A DNA stretch of 64,000 nucleotides from an uncultured Thermoplasmata archaeon (lineage in GTDB: Archaea; Thermoplasmatota; Thermoplasmata; SG8-5), in contig CAYHBA010000002.1 in NCBI GenBank assembly GCA_964354755.1, positions 92,002 through 156,001 of the forward strand, given 5' to 3'. The first letter of the stretch is position 1, and every line of letters starts with the position of its first letter. Under the pieces are notes generated by a model that was given only the letters and a program-made list of their open reading frames with translations, made no database searches and was not told the origin of the DNA. Both the position numbers and the translations under genes were made by a program. Of this stretch, positions 26,143 to 34,762 are shown piece after piece.

Positions 26143-26673
26143 CTAGTACTTCCTAAAATCCAGGAACGTCATCCCCTTCCTGGCCCTCTCCCTCTCCTCC
26201 TTCAGATGCTGCTGCAATCCGACCTTCATCACCCGTTCGTGGTGCTTCAGAACCACCGGGTACCTGCCGCGCTGGTATTCCGTCCTCTTGCAGGTCGGGA
26301 ACGTCTCGCACAGAAGGCAGCTCTTCAGCTTCCGCGCTTTCTTGCATTTCATGACCTCGCACCACGGCTCCTTGATGTTCTGGCATCCGGGGCACTTCAT
26401 CTTGGAGAGCCACACAAGCCCTTTGTCCATGTCCCCGAAGTCGAAGTCCACCGAATCCTGGGCCCACAGGCAGTTGCCTTTGGTTGTGCGGGAGAGCTCT
26501 GTGGCCAGTTCGGCCACCCTTCCGTTACCGGTGGGGCACATCTCGCAGAACACGCCGCAGACACCGTATGTATATTCTTGTTTAGGGGTTTTCTTCATGG
26601 CAATCGCTCTCCGCAGTGCTGGCAGAAATCTCTCGCGCATTTGAGGTATCTGCCTTGCCTGGATAGGACCCAT
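26143..26673 (-). CDS. Cys-rich protein, DUF3795-like, possible metal or Fe-S binding
   Basis: Contains CGVFCEMCP, CPGCQ, CEVMKC and CLLCETFPTC. The start could be the internal Met at 26598. Confidence 0.4.
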   Translation of the reverse strand: MGPIQARQIPQMRERFLPALRRAIAMKKTPKQEYTYGVCGVFCEMCPTGNGRVAELATELSRTTKGNCLWAQDSVDFDFGDMDKGLVWLSKMKCPGCQNIKEPWCEVMKCKKARKLKSCLLCETFPTCKRTEYQRGRYPVVLKHHERVMKVGLQQHLKEERERARKGMTFLDFRKY

Positions 26674-26777
26674 CGTAAATCAAGTTTCTTTTTCTTGGGT
26701 GTTTTTTTTGGTAATTGTTTGCCGCACCATGGACATGTATTCGAATCGCATTGCATGTCGCATTCTTCCTTCATCGC

Positions 26778-26813
26778 GTGTGAATGTTAAGTTCTCGTAA
26801 TAAGGTTTTCGTC
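26778..26813 (-). promoter_or_regulatory. Shared promoter-like motif variant upstream of the Cys-rich protein gene
   Basis: gtgtgaatgttaagttctcgtaataaggttttcgtc. Confidence 0.35.
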
Positions 26814-26974
26814 TCCCGATATCTGTTGGATGTGAATCCCTACGGCTCGCCTAGCGCCTTCACGCACTTGCCGGCCCGCGGCTTCATGCTTATCTGGGCG
26901 GCATCGGAGAGTGATTATTCGCGCCCGCTGCCCGGTGGTGTCGCCCCCCGCTGTATTTTAGGCCCAAATGGTCC

Positions 26975-29900
26975 TCAACCCAATTCACGCCTGACAATCT
27001 CGACCTTGTAACCGAGTTTGAGCTCCTCGAATGTGCGCAGGGCTTTCCCCAGCATATCCTTGGCTGCAGGAATCCCCTTTTTCTTCATGGCCCGCCCGTA
27101 CTCGAGATAGGTCTCAGCCAGCTCCAGTTTTATCTTCGCGGACGTGAGGACCGTAATCGAGGTCTTGAAATGGTCTTCCGCCTCGGGCCAATTCCCGCGC
27201 CCTGCCTCTATCATCCCCCAGAATCTGTGGGAGATGCCTTCGCCCTCCTTGACGTCCAGCTCCTTCGCCAGTTCAATGGTTTTCTTAACGAATTCCTCGG
27301 CCTCGTCGGACTTCCCCGTCTTAATCAGCAGTTCTCCTTTGGCCTGCAGGATATCGACCATCAGCCTTTTGTTGCCCATCTCCAATGTGGCCTTCTCCGC
27401 TGCCTCTATATTGGCTCTCGCCCCTTCGAAATCGCCGGTCTGGAGCTGAACAAGGGACATGTTGAGCTCCATCATCGCCTCACCAATTTTGTCCCCCAAC
27501 TTCGTAAAGATGTCGAGTGCCCTCCTGTGGAATTCCAGCGACTTTGTATGATCTCCTCGGGTATGGTAAATGACTGCCAGGTTGTTCAGCGTGCTTCCCA
27601 TGCCGCGTGGATGTCCGAGTCTTTGGAAAACTGCGTGGCACCTCTCGTAATTGTCATGAGCCCTGTCGTAATCGCTCATGGATTTGTACACGATCCCCAG
27701 GTTGTTCAGGGCGACGCCGATGGATAATGTGTCCCCCAGCTTCTCGAAGGTCTTCAGGCTGCGCTCGAACACCTCCAGAGCTTCGGCATACCGGTCCCTG
27801 TCCGCCAGGATATGCCCGATGCTGTTGAGCGCGATTCCGGTTCCCCTGAGGTAGCCGATCCGCTCGAACTCCTCCAAAGCTTTATGGAAATTCACGAGTC
27901 CGCGATCGTAATCGCCGATGTCTACGTATAGCTGCCCCATCCTGTGGAGCACATCCGCGACGTCCTTCTCGGTCCCGCTGAGTTTCTGGAATATCTCCAG
28001 AGCCCTATTCTCTTTGGATATGGCCTCTTCGTACAATCCTTTATGTTCCTGGACAGCGCCGATTGCAGACAGTATCCTGGCGAATTCTACCCCTTCCCCA
28101 GCGGCGACCAGCACCCTCGCCTTCTCAAGCTCGTCGGCCACCCTGTCGTATTCCCCTCTCGTCGCATATATGGAGGATACCTTCCTATGAACCCTGGCTA
28201 TCACTTCCGGGTCGTCGCTGAGGTCCTTGACCCTCTCAAAGGCAGTCTTCGCCTCGTCGAGCCTGCCTGTGATTTCGTAAACTTCTCCCATTTCCTCCAG
28301 CAGCCTCGCGAGCTCCGCCCCCCGTTTCCGCCCATCCATTTCCATGAGCTCAAGCGCGTAGTTGCTGTACCGCAGGGTTTCCTTGTTCGCATATTGGGCC
28401 TTTGCAAGCTCGATTGCCCTCCTGAGGTTCGGCAAGGCCTTGTTCGCATCCCTGGCCATGTAGAAATGGTATCCGGCTTCGGCGACAACCTCGTCTGATG
28501 CGCCGTAGAGGTCCGTGATAGAATCACCCACCATCCCGTGGTACTCCCTTCTCAGCTCTCCGGGCAGGCCGCTGTAAAGCACTTCCCGTATCTTCACATG
28601 GCTGAAGGCGTAATTCCTCTCCATGGAGACAATAAGTCCGTGAGACCTCTCTATCTCGCTGAGGTTCTTCAGCAGCTCGATCTTTTTCACCTCAGCCACT
28701 TTACTCAAAACATCCGACGTGAACACGTCGCCGATGACCGAAGCCGGCTCCAGGATGAGCATCTGGTCTTTCGGTAGCCTCGCGAGCCTCCTGGATATCA
28801 CATCGTGGATTTTCACGGGGAGGTCGATGGTGTCCGGCCTTTTTGTTAGGCTCCAGGCGCCGTCCTTGTGGACCAGCGCCCCCTCCCCTTTCAATAAATT
28901 GATCACTTCGACTGCGAAGAGAGGGTTCCCCTGCGTTTCCCTCCAAAGGAAATCCACGAACTCGTCTCTGCCATCTACTTTGCCCAGGGTCGCGCCGACC
29001 AGCCCGGTCACAGCATCCCTCCCGAGGTTCCGCAGCTCGACCCGTTCCAGCAAGCCCTCGCCGCTCATGAGCTGTATGGCCTCCTTCAGCTGGTGCATCT
29101 TGCCGTCCCATGACGCCAGTATGTCCTCGGCCCTGTAGGTTGCAAGCATGAAGAGCCTTGAAGCCCTAGTGTTCCTGGAGATGTAATGCAGCAATGCCAG
29201 CGTCGACGGGTCTGCCCACTGGAGGTCGTCTATGAAGAGCAGAATCGGGCGCGCCTTGGTCTCCCTCTCCAATCCCTTCAAGACATTCTCGAAGATGCTG
29301 TTCTGCTTCGATTTGGGGTCCCCCTTCGCCCAGTCTATGCCGTCGAACCTCTCCGAGTCGAACATCTCCTTCAACGAGTCCTTGGCTCCTGTGAATTCGT
29401 CCACCAGTCCATCGAAATGCACTAACTTCCCGCCAAACCTGGCCTCCAGTTCCGCGAGAGTTTGCTGCAGATCGCCAAGCAGCGCCTCGTTCTCCCTCCC
29501 CTTGTAAATAGCCGCCAGGCTCGCGTACCGCCCGTGAATGCAGGAAATGTTGAAATCTCCGTAGCCGAGCCTGGACACATCCCCCTCGGGAAGCCTCCCC
29601 ATCTGTTTCATCGTGTCCTTGATGAACTCGTTGACTGCGGTGAGCATTCCGGAGAAAATGTCGATGTCTATGCCGCTTCCCTCCCGCTCTTGCTTCGAAA
29701 GGACGATGCCGGTCTGCGCGATGAGTAAAACTGTCTCGAGCCTCGGCGGTACCTCCAGGGTCACGAGGTGCTCCAGCCCTCCCGAAGCCAGCAGCTCCCT
29801 CATGGGCAAGAACGGCGTCATGCATCTGCTGAGGCACCATCCTCTCATCACCTTGAACCCCATCGAAGAAGCATTATGGATGCACTCCTCTGCGAGCCTT

Positions 29901-30040
29901 GTCTTGCCCACACCTGCTTCCCCAGCGATGAAGATGGTCGAGCCCCTGCCTGCCATCGCGTTGGTCAGGGATTGGTTGAGCTGGTTCAATTCCATATCTC
30001 GCCCGATAAGTTCCGGCTGTTGCAGGGCTGATTCTTCCAT
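26975..30040 (-). CDS. STAND-type ATPase with C-terminal TPR repeats and a Roadblock/LC7-like domain inserted between Walker A and Walker B
   Basis: N-terminus ELIGRDMEL. Walker A FIAGEAGVGKTRL. Walker B LLFIDDLQWAD lies about 220 aa later. The insert at aa 95-205, DIDIFSGMLTAVNEFIKD...VSRLGYGDFNISCIHGRYASLAAIYKG...ELEARFG, aligns with the modules of the giant protein. More than 10 TPR units follow. Confidence 0.75.
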   Translation of the reverse strand: MEESALQQPELIGRDMELNQLNQSLTNAMAGRGSTIFIAGEAGVGKTRLAEECIHNASSMGFKVMRGWCLSRCMTPFLPMRELLASGGLEHLVTLEVPPRLETVLLIAQTGIVLSKQEREGSGIDIDIFSGMLTAVNEFIKDTMKQMGRLPEGDVSRLGYGDFNISCIHGRYASLAAIYKGRENEALLGDLQQTLAELEARFGGKLVHFDGLVDEFTGAKDSLKEMFDSERFDGIDWAKGDPKSKQNSIFENVLKGLERETKARPILLFIDDLQWADPSTLALLHYISRNTRASRLFMLATYRAEDILASWDGKMHQLKEAIQLMSGEGLLERVELRNLGRDAVTGLVGATLGKVDGRDEFVDFLWRETQGNPLFAVEVINLLKGEGALVHKDGAWSLTKRPDTIDLPVKIHDVISRRLARLPKDQMLILEPASVIGDVFTSDVLSKVAEVKKIELLKNLSEIERSHGLIVSMERNYAFSHVKIREVLYSGLPGELRREYHGMVGDSITDLYGASDEVVAEAGYHFYMARDANKALPNLRRAIELAKAQYANKETLRYSNYALELMEMDGRKRGAELARLLEEMGEVYEITGRLDEAKTAFERVKDLSDDPEVIARVHRKVSSIYATRGEYDRVADELEKARVLVAAGEGVEFARILSAIGAVQEHKGLYEEAISKENRALEIFQKLSGTEKDVADVLHRMGQLYVDIGDYDRGLVNFHKALEEFERIGYLRGTGIALNSIGHILADRDRYAEALEVFERSLKTFEKLGDTLSIGVALNNLGIVYKSMSDYDRAHDNYERCHAVFQRLGHPRGMGSTLNNLAVIYHTRGDHTKSLEFHRRALDIFTKLGDKIGEAMMELNMSLVQLQTGDFEGARANIEAAEKATLEMGNKRLMVDILQAKGELLIKTGKSDEAEEFVKKTIELAKELDVKEGEGISHRFWGMIEAGRGNWPEAEDHFKTSITVLTSAKIKLELAETYLEYGRAMKKKGIPAAKDMLGKALRTFEELKLGYKVEIVRRELG

Positions 30041-30156
30041 GAGGGAGACCTTTGGAAGGCAATGAGGTTGATTGTTAAAATGATTTCTAGCTTTAATTGA
30101 GGAAAACGGGTCAATCCCCGCTCTCCAAGGTTATCGCTCAGGCATGGACCGCTGGC

Positions 30157-30924
30157 CTACATCGGCCTCAGGGTTCCGGCGAACACCTGCCATGCCAGCG
30201 CCGATTTCGCGACCAGGCTCAGTATGATGTACATGCGCTCGCCATGCAGGTAGTCCTTCCACTTCCCGGCTTTCTTGTACTGCAGGGCCATGTTGAGCGC
30301 GAAGATGTTGAAGAACACGGCGATCGAGATGAATATCCAATACACGAAGTCAGGCGGGTTGGCCCTGAGCAGGTATATGGCGATGACGACCCACGGAACA
30401 GCCCCGGCAAAGCAGCCGAAGATGTAGTCTGTCCAATCGACCTTCTTCCTTCCCTGGTTGTGCTTCTCCATCGTGTAGCCGAAGAAGATCATTACCGCGT
30501 TCAGCGAGAAGGCCATGATGAGGCTGCCTATGTCGTAGATGCCGACCAGCATCGCAACGACCACAATCATGACTGACGCGCTCAGGGAGTATTCGGCCCA
30601 CCTGTACGGGTTCATCCCCTTCTTCAGGTTGGCGACGTACTTGCGGTAGAAGACTGTCGAAATCAGGAAATGCGCGCCTGCCGAGATGAACAGGAAGAGG
30701 GCGACAACCGGCCCAATCCTGAGGTTGAAGAGGGTCTCGGAGACATGGTCGAGGCTCTGGGTTGCTGTATTGTACGTCAGGTAAAGCCGGGTCACAGGCA
30801 GGGCGAACGAGTTGCTCAGCAGCAGCATCGCAATTCCCTGGACGAGGTGGATGACGCCCATTGTCAAGTTCAGGTTCCTCAGCTTCTTGAATCTCGAATC
30901 ATCTTCGGGCATGGGGGCTAGCAT
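30157..30924 (-). CDS. Probable heliorhodopsin (7-TM; Schiff-base Lys in the last helix)
   Basis: 255 aa with 7 predicted TM helices. N-terminus reads RFKKLRNLNLTMGVIHLVQGIAMLLLSNSFALPVT. TM7 reads SLVAKSALAWQVF, which is heliorhodopsin-like. Confidence 0.55.
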   Translation of the reverse strand: MLAPMPEDDSRFKKLRNLNLTMGVIHLVQGIAMLLLSNSFALPVTRLYLTYNTATQSLDHVSETLFNLRIGPVVALFLFISAGAHFLISTVFYRKYVANLKKGMNPYRWAEYSLSASVMIVVVAMLVGIYDIGSLIMAFSLNAVMIFFGYTMEKHNQGRKKVDWTDYIFGCFAGAVPWVVIAIYLLRANPPDFVYWIFISIAVFFNIFALNMALQYKKAGKWKDYLHGERMYIILSLVAKSALAWQVFAGTLRPM

Positions 30925-31022
30925 CTGCCTCTGAAATATATATTATCCCCCTGAATTAACAGGGCCGGACAAACACCCGAACCCTTAATATTTATTATTG
31001 CGTTGCAGCTCCCGGTGATGCA

Positions 31023-31451
31023 TTGGCAACCAGAATCCAGATCGTATTCGACTGCGCCGATCCAGCGGCCCTCGCCCGGTTCTGGGCCCAAGCCCTCCAT
31101 TACAAAGTCCAGGACCCGCCAACCGGGTTCGGCTCCTGGGCCGAATACCTCGCCGCGCAGGGAGTCCCAAAAAAGGATTGGAACTGCGCCAACGCGATAG
31201 TGGACCCCCAGGGTGTGGGGCCACGCATATTCTTCCAGAGGATGCCAACTCCAAAGCCGAAAAAGAACAGGCTGCACATAGACATCAACGCCAGCACGGG
31301 AGCCGCGCCGGAAGAGCAGAGGAAGAAAGTCAGCGCAGAGGTTAAGCGACTGGTCAAACTCGGCGCCAGCAAGCAAAAGGAGTGGGAGGAGGACGGCGAG
31401 TACTGGGTCGTGATGCTGGACCCTGAAAAGAACGAGTTCTGCGTGCAGTGA
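31023..31451 (+). CDS. VOC/glyoxalase-family protein
   Basis: 142 aa with a glyoxalase-like betaalphabetabetabeta N-terminal pattern IQIVFDCADPAALARFW. Confidence 0.5.
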   Translation: MATRIQIVFDCADPAALARFWAQALHYKVQDPPTGFGSWAEYLAAQGVPKKDWNCANAIVDPQGVGPRIFFQRMPTPKPKKNRLHIDINASTGAAPEEQRKKVSAEVKRLVKLGASKQKEWEEDGEYWVVMLDPEKNEFCVQ

Positions 31452-32272
31452 TTATTAACATCTCCGATATTTTTAATAACCCGGACCGCTATCGGGCATC
31501 CATGTCCCCCCTGATCTGGATACTCCTGGCCACAGTCCTCGTCAGCCTGCTGTCCTTCGTGGGCGTGGTCACGCTCGCGCTCTCCCCCAAGACCCTGAGG
31601 AAGATTCTGCTGGCCCTGGTCGGGCTCTCCGCCGGGACACTGATCGGCGGCGCCTTCCTCCACCTGATTCCCGAGGCTCTCACCGAGATGGAGGACATCG
31701 TGGGTACAAATAGATCTCAGGACACGGTGATGCTGATGGTCATAGTCGGCTTTGTCATATTCTTCATACTGGAGAAGCTGCTGTGGCGCCACTGCCATGA
31801 GAAGGACTGCAAGATCCACACCTTCGTCTACCTCAACCTTTTCGGCGACGGCATACACAACTTCATCGACGGCCTCATCATCGCGGCCGGGTTCCTTGCG
31901 AGCTACGAGATCGGCCTGGTGACCACTCTGGCTGTCGCTTTCCACGAGATTCCCCAGGAAATAGGGGATTTTGGAGTGCTCCTGCACGGCGGCATCCCCC
32001 GGAAGAAAGCCCTCGCATACAATTTCATCACGGCGATAACGGCCATAATCGGCGGCATACTGGGCTACTTACTCATACCCCATATCGGCAACTTCGAGGT
32101 CTACATCCTGCCGTTCGCGGCTGGCGGTTTCCTGTACATCGCTGCCGCGGACCTCATCCCGGAGCTGCATAAGGAGAAGCGCGTTTCCAGGACTGTTCTG
32201 GCATTTGCAATGTTCCTGGTGGGCATAGCCCTAATGTGGGCCATGAAATATATTCTCGGCGGGGCAGTCTGA
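31448..32272 (+). CDS. zupT: ZIP-family metal transporter (ZupT-like)
   Basis: Contains the HEIPQEIGDF motif and about 8 TM helices. It overlaps the neighbouring genes by 4 nt on each side. Confidence 0.75.
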   Translation: MIINISDIFNNPDRYRASMSPLIWILLATVLVSLLSFVGVVTLALSPKTLRKILLALVGLSAGTLIGGAFLHLIPEALTEMEDIVGTNRSQDTVMLMVIVGFVIFFILEKLLWRHCHEKDCKIHTFVYLNLFGDGIHNFIDGLIIAAGFLASYEIGLVTTLAVAFHEIPQEIGDFGVLLHGGIPRKKALAYNFITAITAIIGGILGYLLIPHIGNFEVYILPFAAGGFLYIAAADLIPELHKEKRVSRTVLAFAMFLVGIALMWAMKYILGGAV

Positions 32273-32676
32273 TGGCTTCCAAGAACGGGACCAGAATTGT
32301 CTCCCTCAGCCTGCCCGAAGCCACACTAGGCGACATGGATAAGGCAGTCCAGGACATAGGTTACACCAGCCGGTCCGAGATGGTCAGGGACGCAGTGAGG
32401 GCCTTCCTCAGAGAGAAGGAGGAACTGGCCGGCCTGAAGGGTCATGTGCACGGGGTCCTCTTCCTGATTTATTGCCATGAATGCGCCGCCCAGGTGATGG
32501 AGCTGAGGCACAGACACAAGGCCATATTCAAATCCATGAATCATGCCGATTTCGACGGCGGGGACGAATGCTGCGAGGTTCTCATGTTCTGCGGCGAAGC
32601 AGACGAAGTAAAGGACTCATACAACCAGCTTTCCGCACTCGTGGGCGTGAAAGAAGCCAGGATTTTCCTGGCCTGA
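32272..32676 (+). CDS. nikR: NikR-like ribbon-helix-helix metal-responsive regulator
   Basis: RHH N-terminus RIVSLSLPEATLGDMDKAVQDIGYTSRSEMVRDAVRAFL, plus a His/Cys-rich C-terminal metal-binding domain. Confidence 0.65.
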   Translation: MASKNGTRIVSLSLPEATLGDMDKAVQDIGYTSRSEMVRDAVRAFLREKEELAGLKGHVHGVLFLIYCHECAAQVMELRHRHKAIFKSMNHADFDGGDECCEVLMFCGEADEVKDSYNQLSALVGVKEARIFLA

Positions 32677-32720
32677 ATGCGAACCACATCCTTTTATCGC
32701 ACTTCAGATTTGCAGGGGCC

Positions 32721-33914
32721 ATGGATTTTCTGCCTGACTACGGAGACACCCGCGACCCGGGTGTCAGGGCCAGATACGGCAAGCTGGAAGCCACGGTGGG
32801 CCTCGGGGGCAACATGCTTGTGTTCGTCGGCAAGCTGGCCCTTGCCCTGATTGTATCGAGCATGGCCATCCTGGGCGATTCCCTGAACCATCTCATGGAC
32901 ATTGCCGTCTCCGGTGTCATTCTCTACTCCTTCATGATATCATCAAAACCGGCGGATGAACACCACCCGTACGGGCACGGGAGGGCAGAATCAATACTGG
33001 CGATTTTGGTCTCATTCCTTGTCATCGCGATGGGCGTTCTGGTCATTCACGAAGCCCTGTCCAGTCTTGACAATCCGAGCATAGACGCGGACCTTTACGC
33101 GGTGCTGCTGATACTGGCCTTCACGTGCGTCAAGGTATTTCTGGCTGCGTTCGCCTTCTCTGTGGCGCGCAAGATAGACAGCAGCGCGATACGGGCCGAT
33201 GCTTGGAACCATCTCTCGGACTCGCTGATTTCCATAGCGGTCGCGGTCGGAGTTGGCGTCACCGTGATGTTTCCCGACTACCTGATACTGGATCCCATTC
33301 TCGCGGTCGGCATAGGACTTTTCGTGGTAGGCGTGGGCTCCAAGCTGACGTATGACTCGGCAAAGAGCCTCATGGGAACGGCACCCGACAAAGCGACGCT
33401 GGAGGACGTGGACAAATGCGCCAGGAGCGTGTCCGGCGTCATGGACGTCCACCGCATCGAGATACATGAATACGGTGCCTTCAAGGCCATATCGATGCAC
33501 GTCATGGTGTCTGAGTCCATGGGCGCGGTGCAGGCCCATGACATTGCCGAGAAGGTGGAGAAATGCGTACAGGACAAGTTCAGGACAAGGCCGCTTGTAC
33601 ACATTGACCCGGTAAAGAGCCACTGCGAGGAGTGCGAGCTGGCCATGATAAAGGATTTGGCAAGGGATTTCCCAGCCGTAATATCCGTGCATGAGGCGAC
33701 AATTCTCCACGGGGCCAATGGAGCGGTTGTGGACATGCATGTGCTGGTGGACAGCAAGAAAAGCATTGAGGAGGGTCACGCTCTGGTCCACGACATAATG
33801 GCTGAAGTGGAGAGGAAATTCCCGGGCCACAGGGCGGACATACATCTCGAGCCCTGCTCCGGCGACTGCCACACATGCAGGGAGGAATGCGACAGCCGAG
33901 GTGCAGAACGATGA
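32721..33914 (+). CDS. Cation diffusion facilitator (CDF) efflux transporter with a Cys-rich tail
   Basis: Six TM helices. Contains HPYGHGRAE and a cytoplasmic C-terminal domain. The start was trimmed to the Met at 32721. Confidence 0.75.
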   Translation: MDFLPDYGDTRDPGVRARYGKLEATVGLGGNMLVFVGKLALALIVSSMAILGDSLNHLMDIAVSGVILYSFMISSKPADEHHPYGHGRAESILAILVSFLVIAMGVLVIHEALSSLDNPSIDADLYAVLLILAFTCVKVFLAAFAFSVARKIDSSAIRADAWNHLSDSLISIAVAVGVGVTVMFPDYLILDPILAVGIGLFVVGVGSKLTYDSAKSLMGTAPDKATLEDVDKCARSVSGVMDVHRIEIHEYGAFKAISMHVMVSESMGAVQAHDIAEKVEKCVQDKFRTRPLVHIDPVKSHCEECELAMIKDLARDFPAVISVHEATILHGANGAVVDMHVLVDSKKSIEEGHALVHDIMAEVERKFPGHRADIHLEPCSGDCHTCREECDSRGAER

Positions 33915-34762
33915 TATCTCTGCCCAGAGAGCAACACTGGAAAGCGGAAAAGCCCCTGGAAGCCGTTCCGTTCAACACCCTTTTTGCTAGCACAGTCGTG
34001 GACAATGTCCTTACCGGCCAGATATACGTGGACAATGTTCAGAATCCGTCTGTATTCCTCGTCGCCCACCCTTATGGGATGTCTTTGCTTTTCGGAAGAA
34101 CCGGCGATGCGGGGTTCAACAGTTCACTGCGCGAGTACATGGCGGATGCCAAGGGAATCCGCAAGGCAATGGAGTGGCTGCAGGTGCATCCGGCCGAATG
34201 GAAGCCTGTGCTGGGGGAACTGCTGGGCTCCGACCTGGTAAGAAAGGAATGCCCTGCGGAAATGCCGTCAGCCGCTCCGGACGACCCGGGCAAGGTGATT
34301 GAGTACACCAGGGTGAATTTCCTGTTCAACAAGGACAGATACATCGCGTTCGCCGGCCGATACTCCGCCCCGCCGGAAATCATTGTAAAGACAGACGCAA
34401 AGCTGTTCCATGACATCCAGGGCCAGGTAATCCCGAAGCATTTCTGGAAGGACGTAGACCATTTCCTCGGCGAAGGTGTCGGGTTCACCCTCATGGCAGA
34501 AGGCAGGGCCGCATCCACGGCTTTCTGCGCGTTCGCGAAGGATAACATGCTCGAGATTGGCATAGAAACGCCTCCGGAATTCCGCGGTAAAGGCTATGCG
34601 GTCCATGCCTGCAAGGCCCTGATTGACTATTGCATGGAAAATGGCTACGAGCCAATCTGGTCCTGCAGGCTGGAGAACGCCGTCTCATTCAACCTCGCCC
34701 AAAAGCTGGGGTTCGAACCCGTGCTGTATGTTCCGTATTACCAGCTTGTCAGCGCCCCGTGA
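33911..34762 (+). CDS. GNAT-family N-acetyltransferase
   Basis: C-terminal acetyl-CoA-binding motif FRGKGYAVHACKALIDYC. Overlaps the CDF stop (ATGA). Confidence 0.55.
   Translation: MISLPREQHWKAEKPLEAVPFNTLFASTVVDNVLTGQIYVDNVQNPSVFLVAHPYGMSLLFGRTGDAGFNSSLREYMADAKGIRKAMEWLQVHPAEWKPVLGELLGSDLVRKECPAEMPSAAPDDPGKVIEYTRVNFLFNKDRYIAFAGRYSAPPEIIVKTDAKLFHDIQGQVIPKHFWKDVDHFLGEGVGFTLMAEGRAASTAFCAFAKDNMLEIGIETPPEFRGKGYAVHACKALIDYCMENGYEPIWSCRLENAVSFNLAQKLGFEPVLYVPYYQLVSAP

Noticed and set aside
31100-31987. A 295-aa minus-strand ORF overlapping the VOC and ZupT genes
   Set aside because: It is antisense to the ZIP transporter, which has its signature HEIPQEIGDF. The translation is rich in Asp, Glu and His with no fold.
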